A stretch of DNA of 64,000 bases, from the NCBI GenBank assembly GCA_046045965.1, contig JBJOKS010000002.1:167138-231137 (forward strand). The letters run 5' to 3'. The position numbers and the translations under genes were made by a program. Origin of the DNA: Cyanobacteriota bacterium. GTDB lineage: Bacteria > Cyanobacteriota > Cyanobacteriia > Cyanobacteriales > Nostocaceae. Every line of letters begins with the position of its first letter. The stretch's first letter is position 1. Below the pieces are notes generated by a model. That model was not told where the DNA came from and did no database searches. It was given only the letters and a program-made list of their open reading frames with translations. Below, piece after piece: positions 52,901-62,192 of the stretch.

Positions 52901-54246
52901 TGCAACAGGAGTTAGGAAAACTTAAAAAAACCACAAAAACTTTTTTACAAAAACTGGAAACTTCCCAAAATAAATTAAATCAATTAGAGGAGAAATTAAA
53001 ATCACAGATATCTGATGATTTAATCAAACAAAGAAACTGGTGGGATTTGACTTGGCAAGCAATACCTGATAAATTTAAGCCTAATAACCCAGAAAATGAT
53101 TTATTTAATCTGGAATTTTTGAACACAGTTAAAACCAGGTTTGAAATTTGGCAACAACAACTGCAAAATGAAGAAACTTATCTGCAAAAATATCAAAACT
53201 TTGTCCAAGATTGGATTACAAAAATACGTCAACCATCAGAAAGAGATAGTAACGACTTAAGACAGATTTATTTAGACAATGCTAACGTCGTTGGTATCAC
53301 CTGCGTTCAAGCTGCAAATTACAATTTTTCTGAAGAATTCAAATCTTTTGATGTTGTCATTATTGATGAAGTCAGTAAATGTACTCCACCAGAATTATTA
53401 ATTCCCGCTTTGAAAGGTAAAAAATTAGTTATGGTAGGAGACCATCGACAACTACCACCAATGCTGGATACTAGCACAGTGGAAGAAGTTGCTGCAACAA
53501 TTGGTCATACAAGAGAAGAAATGCAATTTTTAGAAGAATCATTATTTAAGTTTCAATTTGAAGCTGCTGATAATAGTATCAAACAAATGCTCAATACCCA
53601 ATATCGAATGCACCCCAACATTATGGGAGCAATAAATCAATTTTATGATGGTAAATTAGAATGTGGTATTTTAGAACCTGACAACAAACGCGCTCATAAT
53701 TTAGCAGGGGAAATAATTAAACCAGAACATCATCTAACTTGGGTAAAAATGCCCAGAGAAAATGAATTTCAAGAAGAACGTCTAGGAACTTCATTTTTTA
53801 ACATTCCTGAAATTGATGTCATTGAAAAAATATGTCAGCAGTTTGAAAATGTTTGGAGTTCTAAAGTTGCTAATGGTGAACCCAAAAAAGAAATAGCAGT
53901 AATTACATTTTATGGCGCTCAATTGAGAAAAATTGATGAACGTTTACAACCTGAATTTTTCCCTTCACTGCAAATTAGAACCGGGACAGTAGATAGATTT
54001 CAAGGAATGGAAAGACCTGTTGTAATTGTCAGTATGGTGCGGAATAATTATCAAGGAGATGTGGGATTTGCCAAAAAACCAGAACGGGTGAATGTGGCTT
54101 TTTCTCGCGCTCAAGAATTATTAGTAATTGTTGGTTGTCACGATTTATTTACGAGTAAAGCAGGTACAGTTGGTGGTATGTACTCAGAAGTGGCAAATAT
54201 TGTTAATTTTCATGGAGGTTTTATTGATGTTTCCTGCTTCTGTTAA
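49924..54246 (+). CDS. Large Upf1/DNA2-like superfamily 1 helicase (AAA_11/AAA_12) with a long coiled-coil insertion
   Basis: IQGPPGTGKT, SQANLAVDN, IIDEVS, VGDHRQLPP, QYRMHP, TVDRFQGME and RVNVAFSRA. Confidence 0.92.
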   Translation: MSNLLKKHNSEAWGYSLLNSTIDSLIRNFEGQETVKLYPDFRERKERAHELIFECVGKQPCLFYIRRQGTGKETGEEIWDLTIATDESEFKLPKRLKELNKTLGIRAAVKKNGTGGLKILSVYLLQPARGQTDAYALPLCLQLVPSHHEPINISTKLLAQIAKMPICGNHVPTEDQLQAWKAFLKVEERIAKARQFCANFSNLKYNTHKKEIAFQININSATLDGDEENYLDEENFWERVRKAKSQDIKFSDSIPTEKNRRSSRQIGTIEKIDQKNNIIHIRLERDLVEYIAAGNYQLPTKGYLFFDAAGDIKQIERKEKALEQLRQGRTQNPYLGDFLFDASQARAIKKTVKLKAKDLLLSAANSGQKASVEKVLAAEDLVLIQGPPGTGKTTVIAEICYQIALRGGRTLITSQANLAVDNALSRLVHNPVIRAVRKGKAEKVGEEGQAFLEDQVIDRWLDNTATDCENNLAQRRENIYILRQLLASLQQFTDYLKSEEDLHEQQNKLKEEKIKLEDIYKKQELVYNEVLANKNEIELLINGLKNILKKPQNINWDDSDVKEFLPRLQPYTVENKRVENFRENVRQAIKYTDELGFVRPARGAFGLAVWLQETVAKEISESKIAFSYAHDAIEAMSELATLVKGFKQSSTYLHQLQTEYQQFLNQGKSLQPTIQIWENRKREIDYIIEAVKEWKITAYSHLYQVLKNCQQSDLPLTDNLLNLPLGLLMFANNLKIPILPKNYQIQLPEWKLLTKAISYEIEGKFSDRRGKQHNFSYFVQQSFSQIPMVLEKSDRTKWQEIYQQFEDYQLLTSKQRKLLVENTQSFLIQLQKNYSTSYELNNIDSTLTRITQELLDTILANARQCVFKLKTEAEQQLNILQKQQTQLPQLPKNAITQEQILATQSQVEKASQDANLQLQKVVNILEELNKQPNLPLKLRNLTQQYLATQSNIWEQHQEFAKQVNICENSITQLETLTSSLDAIAILEIIKDSLQQELGKLKKTTKTFLQKLETSQNKLNQLEEKLKSQISDDLIKQRNWWDLTWQAIPDKFKPNNPENDLFNLEFLNTVKTRFEIWQQQLQNEETYLQKYQNFVQDWITKIRQPSERDSNDLRQIYLDNANVVGITCVQAANYNFSEEFKSFDVVIIDEVSKCTPPELLIPALKGKKLVMVGDHRQLPPMLDTSTVEEVAATIGHTREEMQFLEESLFKFQFEAADNSIKQMLNTQYRMHPNIMGAINQFYDGKLECGILEPDNKRAHNLAGEIIKPEHHLTWVKMPRENEFQEERLGTSFFNIPEIDVIEKICQQFENVWSSKVANGEPKKEIAVITFYGAQLRKIDERLQPEFFPSLQIRTGTVDRFQGMERPVVIVSMVRNNYQGDVGFAKKPERVNVAFSRAQELLVIVGCHDLFTSKAGTVGGMYSEVANIVNFHGGFIDVSCFC

Positions 54247-55078
54247 TCGACCTATTGATGATCATCTCAAAAATATAGTCACAAAAATTGAAACTGAAAA
54301 TCCTAATTTATCAGTTTTTGCTGCCCGTCAATTTCGCTATAGCTTGCGTCAAAATACGGTAGATTTAACAATTAAAGAACCACGACAATTTAATGTACTG
54401 GAAGAGTTTATAATTCGGGCTGGAATTGAATTTGAATCATCACCAACAGCAGATGAATTAGCATCCATACTGGGACTAGATTCGGTGTTTGTGAAAAGTA
54501 CAATTTCTACTCTTCAGTCCTTACAAACTTTGGCGGTAAAATCAGCAATTACAGTTACTGATGAAGGACGTTTATTTTATGCAAGAGGAACTGTACCGCA
54601 ACCACCTTATACAATCACACTTTATGCGACCACTGATTATTTAAATGAAAAAATTACCTTTCTATCGGAATCGTTAAATGATGTGATAGTCAATTTACCT
54701 GATTTAGCAACTTTTATAAATGTTGACCAAAAAATTAACCAAATTTCTTCTTTAAGCATTGAGGAAGTACAGCAATTGATTCAGGATTCAGGCTTAAAAT
54801 TTCATATACCAGAAGAGGGAAAAATAGTCACTGGTTTTAAAGTCATACCACCAACTAAACCTGTTTGGAAAACTATCTCGCTGTTTGTGATTTTTGATGT
54901 AATAGAAGATAAATTAAATATTCAAATCCGTAGCGGTAAACGAATTTTAGAAACAGCATCAATTAGGGTAAACTCCCTACTTAATGAGGGTAAAATTTCC
55001 TTGCAATCATTATGTGACTTGTCAGATGAAATCATCAATTCTGCACGAGAAGCTATTTTGAAACAAAGAAATTCATAA
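54227..55078 (+). CDS. Hypothetical protein overlapping the helicase stop; probable winged-helix domain
   Basis: ATG 54227 overlaps the helicase end by 20 nt; TADELASILGLDSVFVKSTISTL...ITVTDEGR resembles a wHTH. Confidence 0.65.
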   Translation: MFPASVNRPIDDHLKNIVTKIETENPNLSVFAARQFRYSLRQNTVDLTIKEPRQFNVLEEFIIRAGIEFESSPTADELASILGLDSVFVKSTISTLQSLQTLAVKSAITVTDEGRLFYARGTVPQPPYTITLYATTDYLNEKITFLSESLNDVIVNLPDLATFINVDQKINQISSLSIEEVQQLIQDSGLKFHIPEEGKIVTGFKVIPPTKPVWKTISLFVIFDVIEDKLNIQIRSGKRILETASIRVNSLLNEGKISLQSLCDLSDEIINSAREAILKQRNS

Positions 55079-55103
55079 TTAGTAATTGGTAAGTTTTTAT
55101 TCT

Positions 55104-55145
55104 CCCCCAGTCCCCAGTCCCCAATCCCCAGTCCCCAATCCCCAG
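55104..55145 (+). repeat. STRR1 heptamer repeat (CCCCA(G/A)T)n
   Basis: Six copies. Confidence 0.92.
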
Positions 55146-55209
55146 ATGCAAAAAATCGTTAAATTTGATACAATTTATCCAAATTAGGAGAGCCAAGGAG
55201 CGAAATAAA

Positions 55210-56349
55210 ATGGTCTTATCAAAAGGCTTTGAGATTGAGATGTATACTGGCACACCTCAAGGTGAAATAGTTGGCCTCTCCGACCAAATTGTTGCGGATT
55301 TGCAGGGATTTATGCGTGAGCCAGACAGCCGCAACGTAGAATACATAACCAACCCATCCACCAATTACGAAAATCAATTGTGTGGTTTATTGCGTCCTCG
55401 GCAACAGTTACGTAAATATTTGCAGCGATTGGAAAATTACACATTAATACCAGGCAGTACCCTGTCCTTGGGTGGGAGCGATCACTTTTACCGTTCTGAC
55501 CCCACCCACCCCTATCATGACTACATTGAGCAAACCTACGGCACAAAAGTAGTTACTGCCAGTGTACATATTAATATTGGCATCCCCGATCCAGAAATAT
55601 TAATGCGTGCCTGTCGAGTTATCCGCACAGAAGCACCCCTATTCCTTGCCCTGAGTGCCTCATCACCCTTTTTAGATGGTAAAGCCACAGGCTATCATTC
55701 CACCCGTTGGGGACTTTTCCCCCAAACACCCAGTCATGTACCCTTATTTGCCAGTCATGACCATCATATTGAATGGGTAGAAGCACAGCTACAAGCTGGA
55801 ACAATGCAAAATGTCCGGCATTTATGGACATCAGTACGACCAAATGGCGATCGCCGTCCTTATGATTTAAATCGCTTAGAACTGCGAATTTGTGATTTAG
55901 TCACAGATCCTATCTCCTTATTAGCAATCACTGCTTTATTAGAAGCGCGGTTATTACAAATCATAGACAACCCCACCATCGACCCCTTAACCCAAAGCAG
56001 TTTATCCCCCGATGAACTAATTACCTTAACTGCTAAAAATGAAATGGCAGCGGCCACATCCAGTCTTGATGCTCAGTTGCAACATTGGCAAGATGGTAGT
56101 ACCATACTCGCCAGAGATTGGATTGCCCAACTATATCAACAAGTTTGGGGTATAGCTAAACAACAAGGTTTCAGCTGTTTTCTTTCCCCTTTACAGAAAA
56201 TTCTCCGCGAAGGTAACGAAGCCCAACAGTGGTTACAATTACACAAAGTTGGTGTTGATACCCAGCAAGTCATTAAACAGGCGATTATTGCTACCCAAGA
56301 ACGGGAACAGGAACTAGAAAACAAATTGTGTTCCTCCCTCTTGGCTTAA
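55210..56349 (+). CDS. gshA: Glutamate--cysteine ligase, cyanobacterial type
   Basis: KGFEIEMY, EPDSRNVEY, ASVHINIG, SASSPF, WTSVRPNG and RLELRICD. Confidence 0.92.
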   Translation: MVLSKGFEIEMYTGTPQGEIVGLSDQIVADLQGFMREPDSRNVEYITNPSTNYENQLCGLLRPRQQLRKYLQRLENYTLIPGSTLSLGGSDHFYRSDPTHPYHDYIEQTYGTKVVTASVHINIGIPDPEILMRACRVIRTEAPLFLALSASSPFLDGKATGYHSTRWGLFPQTPSHVPLFASHDHHIEWVEAQLQAGTMQNVRHLWTSVRPNGDRRPYDLNRLELRICDLVTDPISLLAITALLEARLLQIIDNPTIDPLTQSSLSPDELITLTAKNEMAAATSSLDAQLQHWQDGSTILARDWIAQLYQQVWGIAKQQGFSCFLSPLQKILREGNEAQQWLQLHKVGVDTQQVIKQAIIATQEREQELENKLCSSLLA

Positions 56350-56534
56350 TTTCCAGGGACTCTCTACTGGGGAAGATATTTTCCCCAAAGACCCATTTTC
56401 TTCGTTTTAAAAAACTAATCTATCCCTAGTGGTTAATGCCTATTAACAAAACCTATAGGTTGTGTAGATCCGCCTTTAGGTAGATTTTCTAGCTACAATA
56501 CAGTGTTTTATAGAATTCTTAACATTTTCTCATC

Positions 56535-56996
56535 ATGCCCCAGGTAGTCTTAGTTAACCCGCAAATTCCCCCCAATACAGGCAATATTGCCCGTACTTGT
56601 GCCGCTACAGGGACAGAATTGCATTTAGTCGGACCATTAGGATTTGAAATTAGCGATCGCTACCTCAAAAGAGCAGGTTTAGATTACTGGCCTTACGTCA
56701 AACTGCACTATCACGAATCCCCAGAAGCATTCCAAATCATCCATCAGCAGCGTGGAGGCAGATTGTTAGGTTTTAGCGTCCGTGGCAGTTTTAACTATAT
56801 CAATTACCAGTTTCAAGCTGATGATTGGTTGTTATTTGGTAGTGAAACCACAGGCTTACCCTCAAACGTTCTCAGCGTCTGTGATTCAACCCTTTATATT
56901 CCCATGCACGAACCCGGAGTTCGCAGCTTGAATTTATCCGTAAGTGTAGCCATCAGCTTGTTTGAATCCCGACGACAGTTAGGCTATTTACAATAG
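56535..56996 (+). CDS. trmL: tRNA (cytidine/uridine-34 2'-O)-methyltransferase, SPOUT family
   Basis: PQIPPNTGNIARTC, KRAGLDYW, FGSETTGLP and RSLNLS. Confidence 0.95.
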   Translation: MPQVVLVNPQIPPNTGNIARTCAATGTELHLVGPLGFEISDRYLKRAGLDYWPYVKLHYHESPEAFQIIHQQRGGRLLGFSVRGSFNYINYQFQADDWLLFGSETTGLPSNVLSVCDSTLYIPMHEPGVRSLNLSVSVAISLFESRRQLGYLQ

Positions 56997-57776
56997 TTAA
57001 CCAAGTTTTAAGTATAAAGACTTATGGGTTCTAGAAATCACAGAGTTTTTCCCGGATTTTTTCTAAGTAAAATTACGATAATACTGAGGGCATGAAACCA
57101 AGATTGTGATACGCTACCACCCTATATAAAAAAAAGCTGGTTAGTTGCAGGAGGTTCATATAAGAAATTTGTATAGGAACTTTGATTCCATGCCAACTGT
57201 CAATGATAGATTTTAGTGAAGTGAAATATTATTTGTGCCAGGAGTAAAATCAGGCAAAGCATTTACTGTCAAGCATCTTAGCTATTTGTATCATGAAATA
57301 CAATCAACCCAGTCAAAAGTTGCTGCGAATTTGTACGGTTGTCTTTTAGGGAATAAAAGCCGTAAAGTCTCGTGTTGATAAGACGGATTGGATAAAAAAA
57401 CTTAGAAAATATCTACATCAGGAACATCGTTTTTTTCAGAAGTCGCAGCCGAGCAAATGCTAACAGCGAAAGTGGACTCAGCAAAGCTATCATAATTGTC
57501 TAGTCCCAGCGTTGAACGCAAAAGCAGCACGAATAACTGTTAAGAGCAAACAATCCTGGGGTTGTGAGGAGTAGCAACAGACAATTGAGAACAAAAATTT
57601 TAAGGTTTACTAACAAGTGTGAACTTGTCTAAATCAGAGAACCAGGTTAATCTTGATCTAAGTATCTCTGGTGAGTGTGATCTTGATCTATCGTTTGATG
57701 TGATCTCAATTATGGATTAATATCCAACCGAAAAATCAAGGTCAATGAAGCGAAGCGTGATCATAGGAGGTCGTCT

Positions 57777-60194
57777 TTGAAACGAGCATTGAAAAAGAGA
57801 GAGAAGGCTGTGTTGAACAATACTCCCAACAGCGAAGGTGTCCCGGTGGTCGAGCCGTCAAATGAGACTAATCAGAAACCAAACCGCCGAGCGGGGACTC
57901 AAGCCGCTATGATTGGCTTGGCCATCTCAATGGGCGCAACCAGCCTTTTGGTGACTCGACAAAGCGATCAAGCCCAAGCAGCGGCTCCTGTTGGCAGTCA
58001 AAAAGCAGCCTCAACAATTCCTGCTGTTTCTGACACGGAAATAAAATTTGCGGCCACAAAGCTGGAGTCCCAAGCCGTCTCTTCAGCAAGCGTGCCTGAA
58101 AATTCTGTCATCGTCGTGCAACCAACAGCAGTTTCAGTTTCGCAAGTGCCTGGGCTTGAAGCTAAATGGCCAGTTGCAGCCAAAGAAATGGCTGTGCAAA
58201 TTTCTACATCAGAAGCTGACAAACAAGCTGTCTACTTGCAACCCCAAGTAGAGCAGGAGTTGAGTAGTAACTCAGTTCAATCCAAATTACAAACAGAAAA
58301 ACAACTGTCTCAGACAGAACAACAATTTTCTCAAAATCAGGGTGTTGCTGACTCTCAACCCCCAGCCGTAATTGTGGAATCAGCAAACCCAGTTAGCAAT
58401 GATGATGTTAATGCACAACTAAAAGCGCAGCAAGAGTTTGCACTCAATCGCTTACAGGCAAAATCGAACCGTTTAAGAAATAGTTTGGCTCAGTTGCGGT
58501 CTGAGGAGACCAATAAGTTATCAAAAACTGGTATTGAGGTAAAACAACCAACTACTGTAGCCGATAAAGATTTATCAGCACAGTCAGAAGATTTGACTGA
58601 TACCAACCAATCCAGTCTGATATCCAGGTTAAAACAGGAAAAACAGACGAGTGCGCCAGCGCAGAAAGCATTTACTGCACCAGCCACTCCAAAAGTTGTC
58701 GCTCAATCAGTAACGACAACCTATGAAGTTAAACCCGGAGACACATTAGCCGAGATTGCTAGTAATTATGGGACTTCTGTCTCAGAACTAGTCCAAGCTA
58801 ATAATCTCAATGATCCCAATCAACTGCAAATCAGTCAAAAACTGATTATTCCCGTTGCTGGAGCAGGGCGTAGCAGCTACACTCAGCCAACTGTAGCAAT
58901 TAGTCCTAATTTCATCCAGTCTAGCAGGAGTACCACAGTTGCTACTTCTCCTCTGAATCCGCCTGACCCAGAAGCTAATCTACCTGTGGCATCACAGTCA
59001 ACAGCGAGTAGCAACAACAGCATTGTTGCCATTCCTGTTCCCGTAGCCAGACACTCATCAGTGAATAGCAACAACAGCCGCGTTGCCATTCCTGTTCCCG
59101 TAGCTAGAGAGACTCAGGCTCCAGTCAATGCTCCTGCTATTAGCAGTAGTATTACTATCCCCGTACCTATAGCTAAGAATAATCTGCCACAAATCCCAGA
59201 AACTGAATTCACCTATCCTACCTCTGATGGAGTGGGTGGTGAGACTTCAGCACTGGATATTGATCCAGAAACACAACAGTCTCAAAAACAGCCTCAAAAG
59301 GCAGCTAAAGCTAAAGGTACTGCGCGTATCCGCAGCTTGCAAGCTGAAATTGAGAGACTACGCGAAAAATACCGCGATCAACAGTCTGGTATCACTGTAC
59401 AAACAGCAGATGAAACTGAGAATACAGCAGTTCCTGTTGTTGTCGGGCAAGCCAATAATCTGACAAATTCTCAGGTTAATGCTCAACTGAATGCAGTACA
59501 AATTGCTGTACCTAAGCCCATACTGCCCAGCTACAGCGAACAACCTGCTAAACAGCCTTCATTACTTACTGTTCGACCCAACAACGAGCCAATTAACCCC
59601 CAATTTCTGTCAAGGCAAACAGCTTTACCTGGCAGTTCATCTGGCATTAGGTTAAACGTGCCTACCGCTGGTGTCAACTCTAATGACTCTTTGGGTAAAT
59701 TGCGAGGAACAAAAGTATCCCCAGCCTTGCCACCTTTGGCAGCAGTAGACATATACCTGCCTAAAGCTGTTGACGAGAATACTAATCCTTCCCCTTCTTC
59801 CACAGCTTATATTTGGCCTGCCAAGGGTACACTTACCTCTGGCTATGGCTGGCGCTGGGGTAGAATGCACAGGGGTATTGATATTGCGAACGGCGTTGGT
59901 ACGCCAATTTACGCCGCAGCACCAGGTAGGGTGGAAAGAGCAGGTTGGAATAACGGCGGTTATGGACTCTTAGTTGAAGTCCGCCATCCTGACGGCAGCA
60001 TGACCCGCTATGCTCACAACAGCCGAGTTTTAGTCCAAGTAGGTCAAGAAGTGGAACAAGGACAGACCATTGCTGCTATGGGTAGCACTGGTTTTAGCAC
60101 CGGTCCTCACACCCACTTTGAAGTTCATCCCGCAGGTAAGGGTGCAGTTAACCCCATCGCTTTCCTGCCATCACGGACACAGGCACGCCTGTAA
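57777..60194 (+). CDS. LysM + M23 peptidoglycan DD-endopeptidase (NlpD-like)
   Basis: YEVKPGDTLAEIA (LysM), HRGID, YAH and STGPHTHFE; TTG start with AGGAGG RBS. Confidence 0.93.
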   Translation: MKRALKKREKAVLNNTPNSEGVPVVEPSNETNQKPNRRAGTQAAMIGLAISMGATSLLVTRQSDQAQAAAPVGSQKAASTIPAVSDTEIKFAATKLESQAVSSASVPENSVIVVQPTAVSVSQVPGLEAKWPVAAKEMAVQISTSEADKQAVYLQPQVEQELSSNSVQSKLQTEKQLSQTEQQFSQNQGVADSQPPAVIVESANPVSNDDVNAQLKAQQEFALNRLQAKSNRLRNSLAQLRSEETNKLSKTGIEVKQPTTVADKDLSAQSEDLTDTNQSSLISRLKQEKQTSAPAQKAFTAPATPKVVAQSVTTTYEVKPGDTLAEIASNYGTSVSELVQANNLNDPNQLQISQKLIIPVAGAGRSSYTQPTVAISPNFIQSSRSTTVATSPLNPPDPEANLPVASQSTASSNNSIVAIPVPVARHSSVNSNNSRVAIPVPVARETQAPVNAPAISSSITIPVPIAKNNLPQIPETEFTYPTSDGVGGETSALDIDPETQQSQKQPQKAAKAKGTARIRSLQAEIERLREKYRDQQSGITVQTADETENTAVPVVVGQANNLTNSQVNAQLNAVQIAVPKPILPSYSEQPAKQPSLLTVRPNNEPINPQFLSRQTALPGSSSGIRLNVPTAGVNSNDSLGKLRGTKVSPALPPLAAVDIYLPKAVDENTNPSPSSTAYIWPAKGTLTSGYGWRWGRMHRGIDIANGVGTPIYAAAPGRVERAGWNNGGYGLLVEVRHPDGSMTRYAHNSRVLVQVGQEVEQGQTIAAMGSTGFSTGPHTHFEVHPAGKGAVNPIAFLPSRTQARL

Positions 60195-60236
60195 ATACTT
60201 TGCTGTCTGTTAACTCAGTAATTGCCTTGTTTGTTG

Positions 60237-60264
60237 GAGGGAGTTTGACTCCCTCTTTTATTTT
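60237..60264 (+). terminator. Rho-independent terminator
   Basis: GAGGGAGT-TTG-ACTCCCTC followed by a T-rich tail. Confidence 0.85.
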
Positions 60265-60339
60265 GAAAAAAAATTTTGTTTTGGGAATTGCGATCGCTAA
60301 ATTTGTATGCTATCTTAATAGAAGTTGATAAAACAACAC

Positions 60340-60413
60340 GGCTCAGTAGCTCAGTTGGTTAGAGTACGGGACTCATAAGCCTGGGGTCGTCAGTTCAATT
60401 CTGACCTGAGCCA
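60340..60413 (+). tRNA. trnM: tRNA with CAT anticodon, most likely elongator tRNA-Met
   Basis: Acceptor stem GGCTCAG/CTGAGCC, D arm GCTC/GAGT, loop CTCATAA, T arm GTCAG-TTCAATT-CTGAC; paired 1:72 argues against initiator tRNA. Confidence 0.92.
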
Positions 60414-60496
60414 TTTAATGAACTTTACTATATAAGGGTTTCAGCTCCTAGTCATCAGTAGTTCTAGAGGGCTGAATATCTGTTTTCACACCCTTT

Positions 60497-60517
60497 TGAC
60501 TATCAAATGACTATCAA
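60497..60517 (+). promoter_or_regulatory. Putative integrase arm-type binding sites
   Basis: TGACTATCAA twice with an 11-bp period between the tRNA and the integrase. Confidence 0.55.
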
Positions 60518-60546
60518 GCTAAGTCTAGAATAGTCAGGAAATTACC

Positions 60547-61671
60547 ATGAAAGTTGGTATTGAGGTCTTTAGAGGTAAACTTAGATTAAGATTCCCTAGA
60601 GCTTTGTTTGGTGGAAATCAGAAATACTTATCTTTGAATCTAGCTGACACTGCTGAGAATAAAGTGCTTGCTGAGATGAAAGCAAGACAGATAGAGTTAG
60701 ATATTCTAGCTGGTTATTTTGACCCTACCCTGGCTAAATACAAGCCTCACTATGAATCTGCTAAGAAGGAAAAAACATACACTTTAGTGGATTTATGGTG
60801 TGACTATGTTCAGTTTAAGAGTAATCAAGTAGAACAGTCTACTGTTATAAGAGACTACGCACTAATAGAGAAAAGAATTAAAGCACTACCTACTCACCAC
60901 ATTAAGGATGCAGTGCTAATCAGGAATCATTTACTCAGTAATTATTCTGCTGAAACAGCAAAGCGTACTATTAAACAACTTAATGCTTGCTGTAATTGGG
61001 CTATCACATCTGGGTTGCTAGAAACTAATCCCTTCAAAGACTTAGTTAAAAGCATTAAAACCAAAAGGAAAGATAATACTATTCTTACTTTCAACAGAGA
61101 GGAAATAGCTATTATCATTGATGCTTTTGCTAGTAACAAGTATTGCCCTAAATACTCTCCTCTACCTCACTGTTACTACACCAACTATGTCAGACTTTTA
61201 TTTCTCACTGGATGCAGACCTGAAGAAGCTGTAGCCTTGAAATGGAAACATATTAGCTCAACACACATCACTTTTGCTGAAGCTGTACCTTCTGATGTCA
61301 GGGTAAGAAAAGACACAAAAACTCACCAAATTAGACTATTCCCTATCAATAATCAATTGAGAGAACTTTTGAATGATATTGGGTATAAAGAGGCTGAGAA
61401 ATTACTTTTATATAATCGCAATGGTAGAGAGCTAAATACTCATAATTTTCTCAATAGAGTATGGAAACCAGTGTTAACTAATTTAGTCAATGATAAGTTG
61501 ATTAGATATTATTTGCCTCAATATAGTTGCCGTCACACCTTTATCACTCTATGTCTGGAATCTGGTATTAGTGTTAAACAAGTTGCTGATATGGTGGGTA
61601 ATTCTCCTGAAGTAATCTACAAACATTATTCAGGAGTAATCAAACAACTTGAAGTTCCAGAAATATTCTAA
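60547..61671 (+). CDS. Tyrosine recombinase/integrase with N-terminal arm-binding domain
   Basis: GKLRLRF..QKYLSLNL..IELDI..FDPTLAKY arm domain; TGCRPEE, KDTKT, YSCRHTF and GNSPEVIYKHY. Confidence 0.95.
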   Translation: MKVGIEVFRGKLRLRFPRALFGGNQKYLSLNLADTAENKVLAEMKARQIELDILAGYFDPTLAKYKPHYESAKKEKTYTLVDLWCDYVQFKSNQVEQSTVIRDYALIEKRIKALPTHHIKDAVLIRNHLLSNYSAETAKRTIKQLNACCNWAITSGLLETNPFKDLVKSIKTKRKDNTILTFNREEIAIIIDAFASNKYCPKYSPLPHCYYTNYVRLLFLTGCRPEEAVALKWKHISSTHITFAEAVPSDVRVRKDTKTHQIRLFPINNQLRELLNDIGYKEAEKLLLYNRNGRELNTHNFLNRVWKPVLTNLVNDKLIRYYLPQYSCRHTFITLCLESGISVKQVADMVGNSPEVIYKHYSGVIKQLEVPEIF

Positions 61672-61681
61672 AAATAGATTA

Positions 61682-61939
61682 TTACTGGGTTATAGACTGC
61701 TTATTTTTCTTTTTCTCTTTTGCTATCTCTTTCTCAACTTTCTTAATTAGCCTCTGAATTTCTGAATCAAACTTTTCTTGCATTTTAGGTAAGACTGTGA
61801 GTATGGCTTCTAAAACTTCTACCTTTTTATCTTCTGACTCCTCTGCAAATCTTTTTTGCATTGCAGTATTCCAATCATTTATCAAGCCTGGTAAAGATGT
61901 GAAGACTATGTTAATTTCATTTTTGATTGGTAGTGGCAT
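61682..61939 (-). CDS. Small hypothetical helical protein
   Basis: 85-aa ORF with ATG and upstream TATAAT-like sequence, convergent on the integrase. Confidence 0.55.
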   Translation of the reverse strand: MPLPIKNEINIVFTSLPGLINDWNTAMQKRFAEESEDKKVEVLEAILTVLPKMQEKFDSEIQRLIKKVEKEIAKEKKKNKQSITQ

Positions 61940-61983
61940 CTTAAGTACCTGTGTAATAGTATAAATTTATTATATAAAAAATG

Positions 61984-62028
61984 AACCTGATGAGTTATCT
62001 AATCTTGTAGTTACTCATCAGGTTTTTT
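61984..62028. terminator. Hairpin, possible terminator
   Basis: AACCTGATGAGT ... ACTCATCAGGTT followed by TTTT. Confidence 0.55.
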
Positions 62029-62192
62029 GATATGGAGGAGGCTGAGGTTAGTTAGCTAATTGTCAAAAGCCTAACCTCTTGTAGTAAATCCTGATTTTTG
62101 CTTTACACTCTAAAATTTTACTAGACAGTTAACTTTTGTTGTAATCAGCTCTAGCTTTGTGAATATTGATAAGGATGCTATTGGTTGTTTAT

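Noticed and set aside
60547..61671. Heterocyst excisase (XisA/XisC-type) element interrupting a nif or hup gene
   Set aside because: The integrase adjoins an intact tRNA and no split nitrogen-fixation gene flanks it in this window
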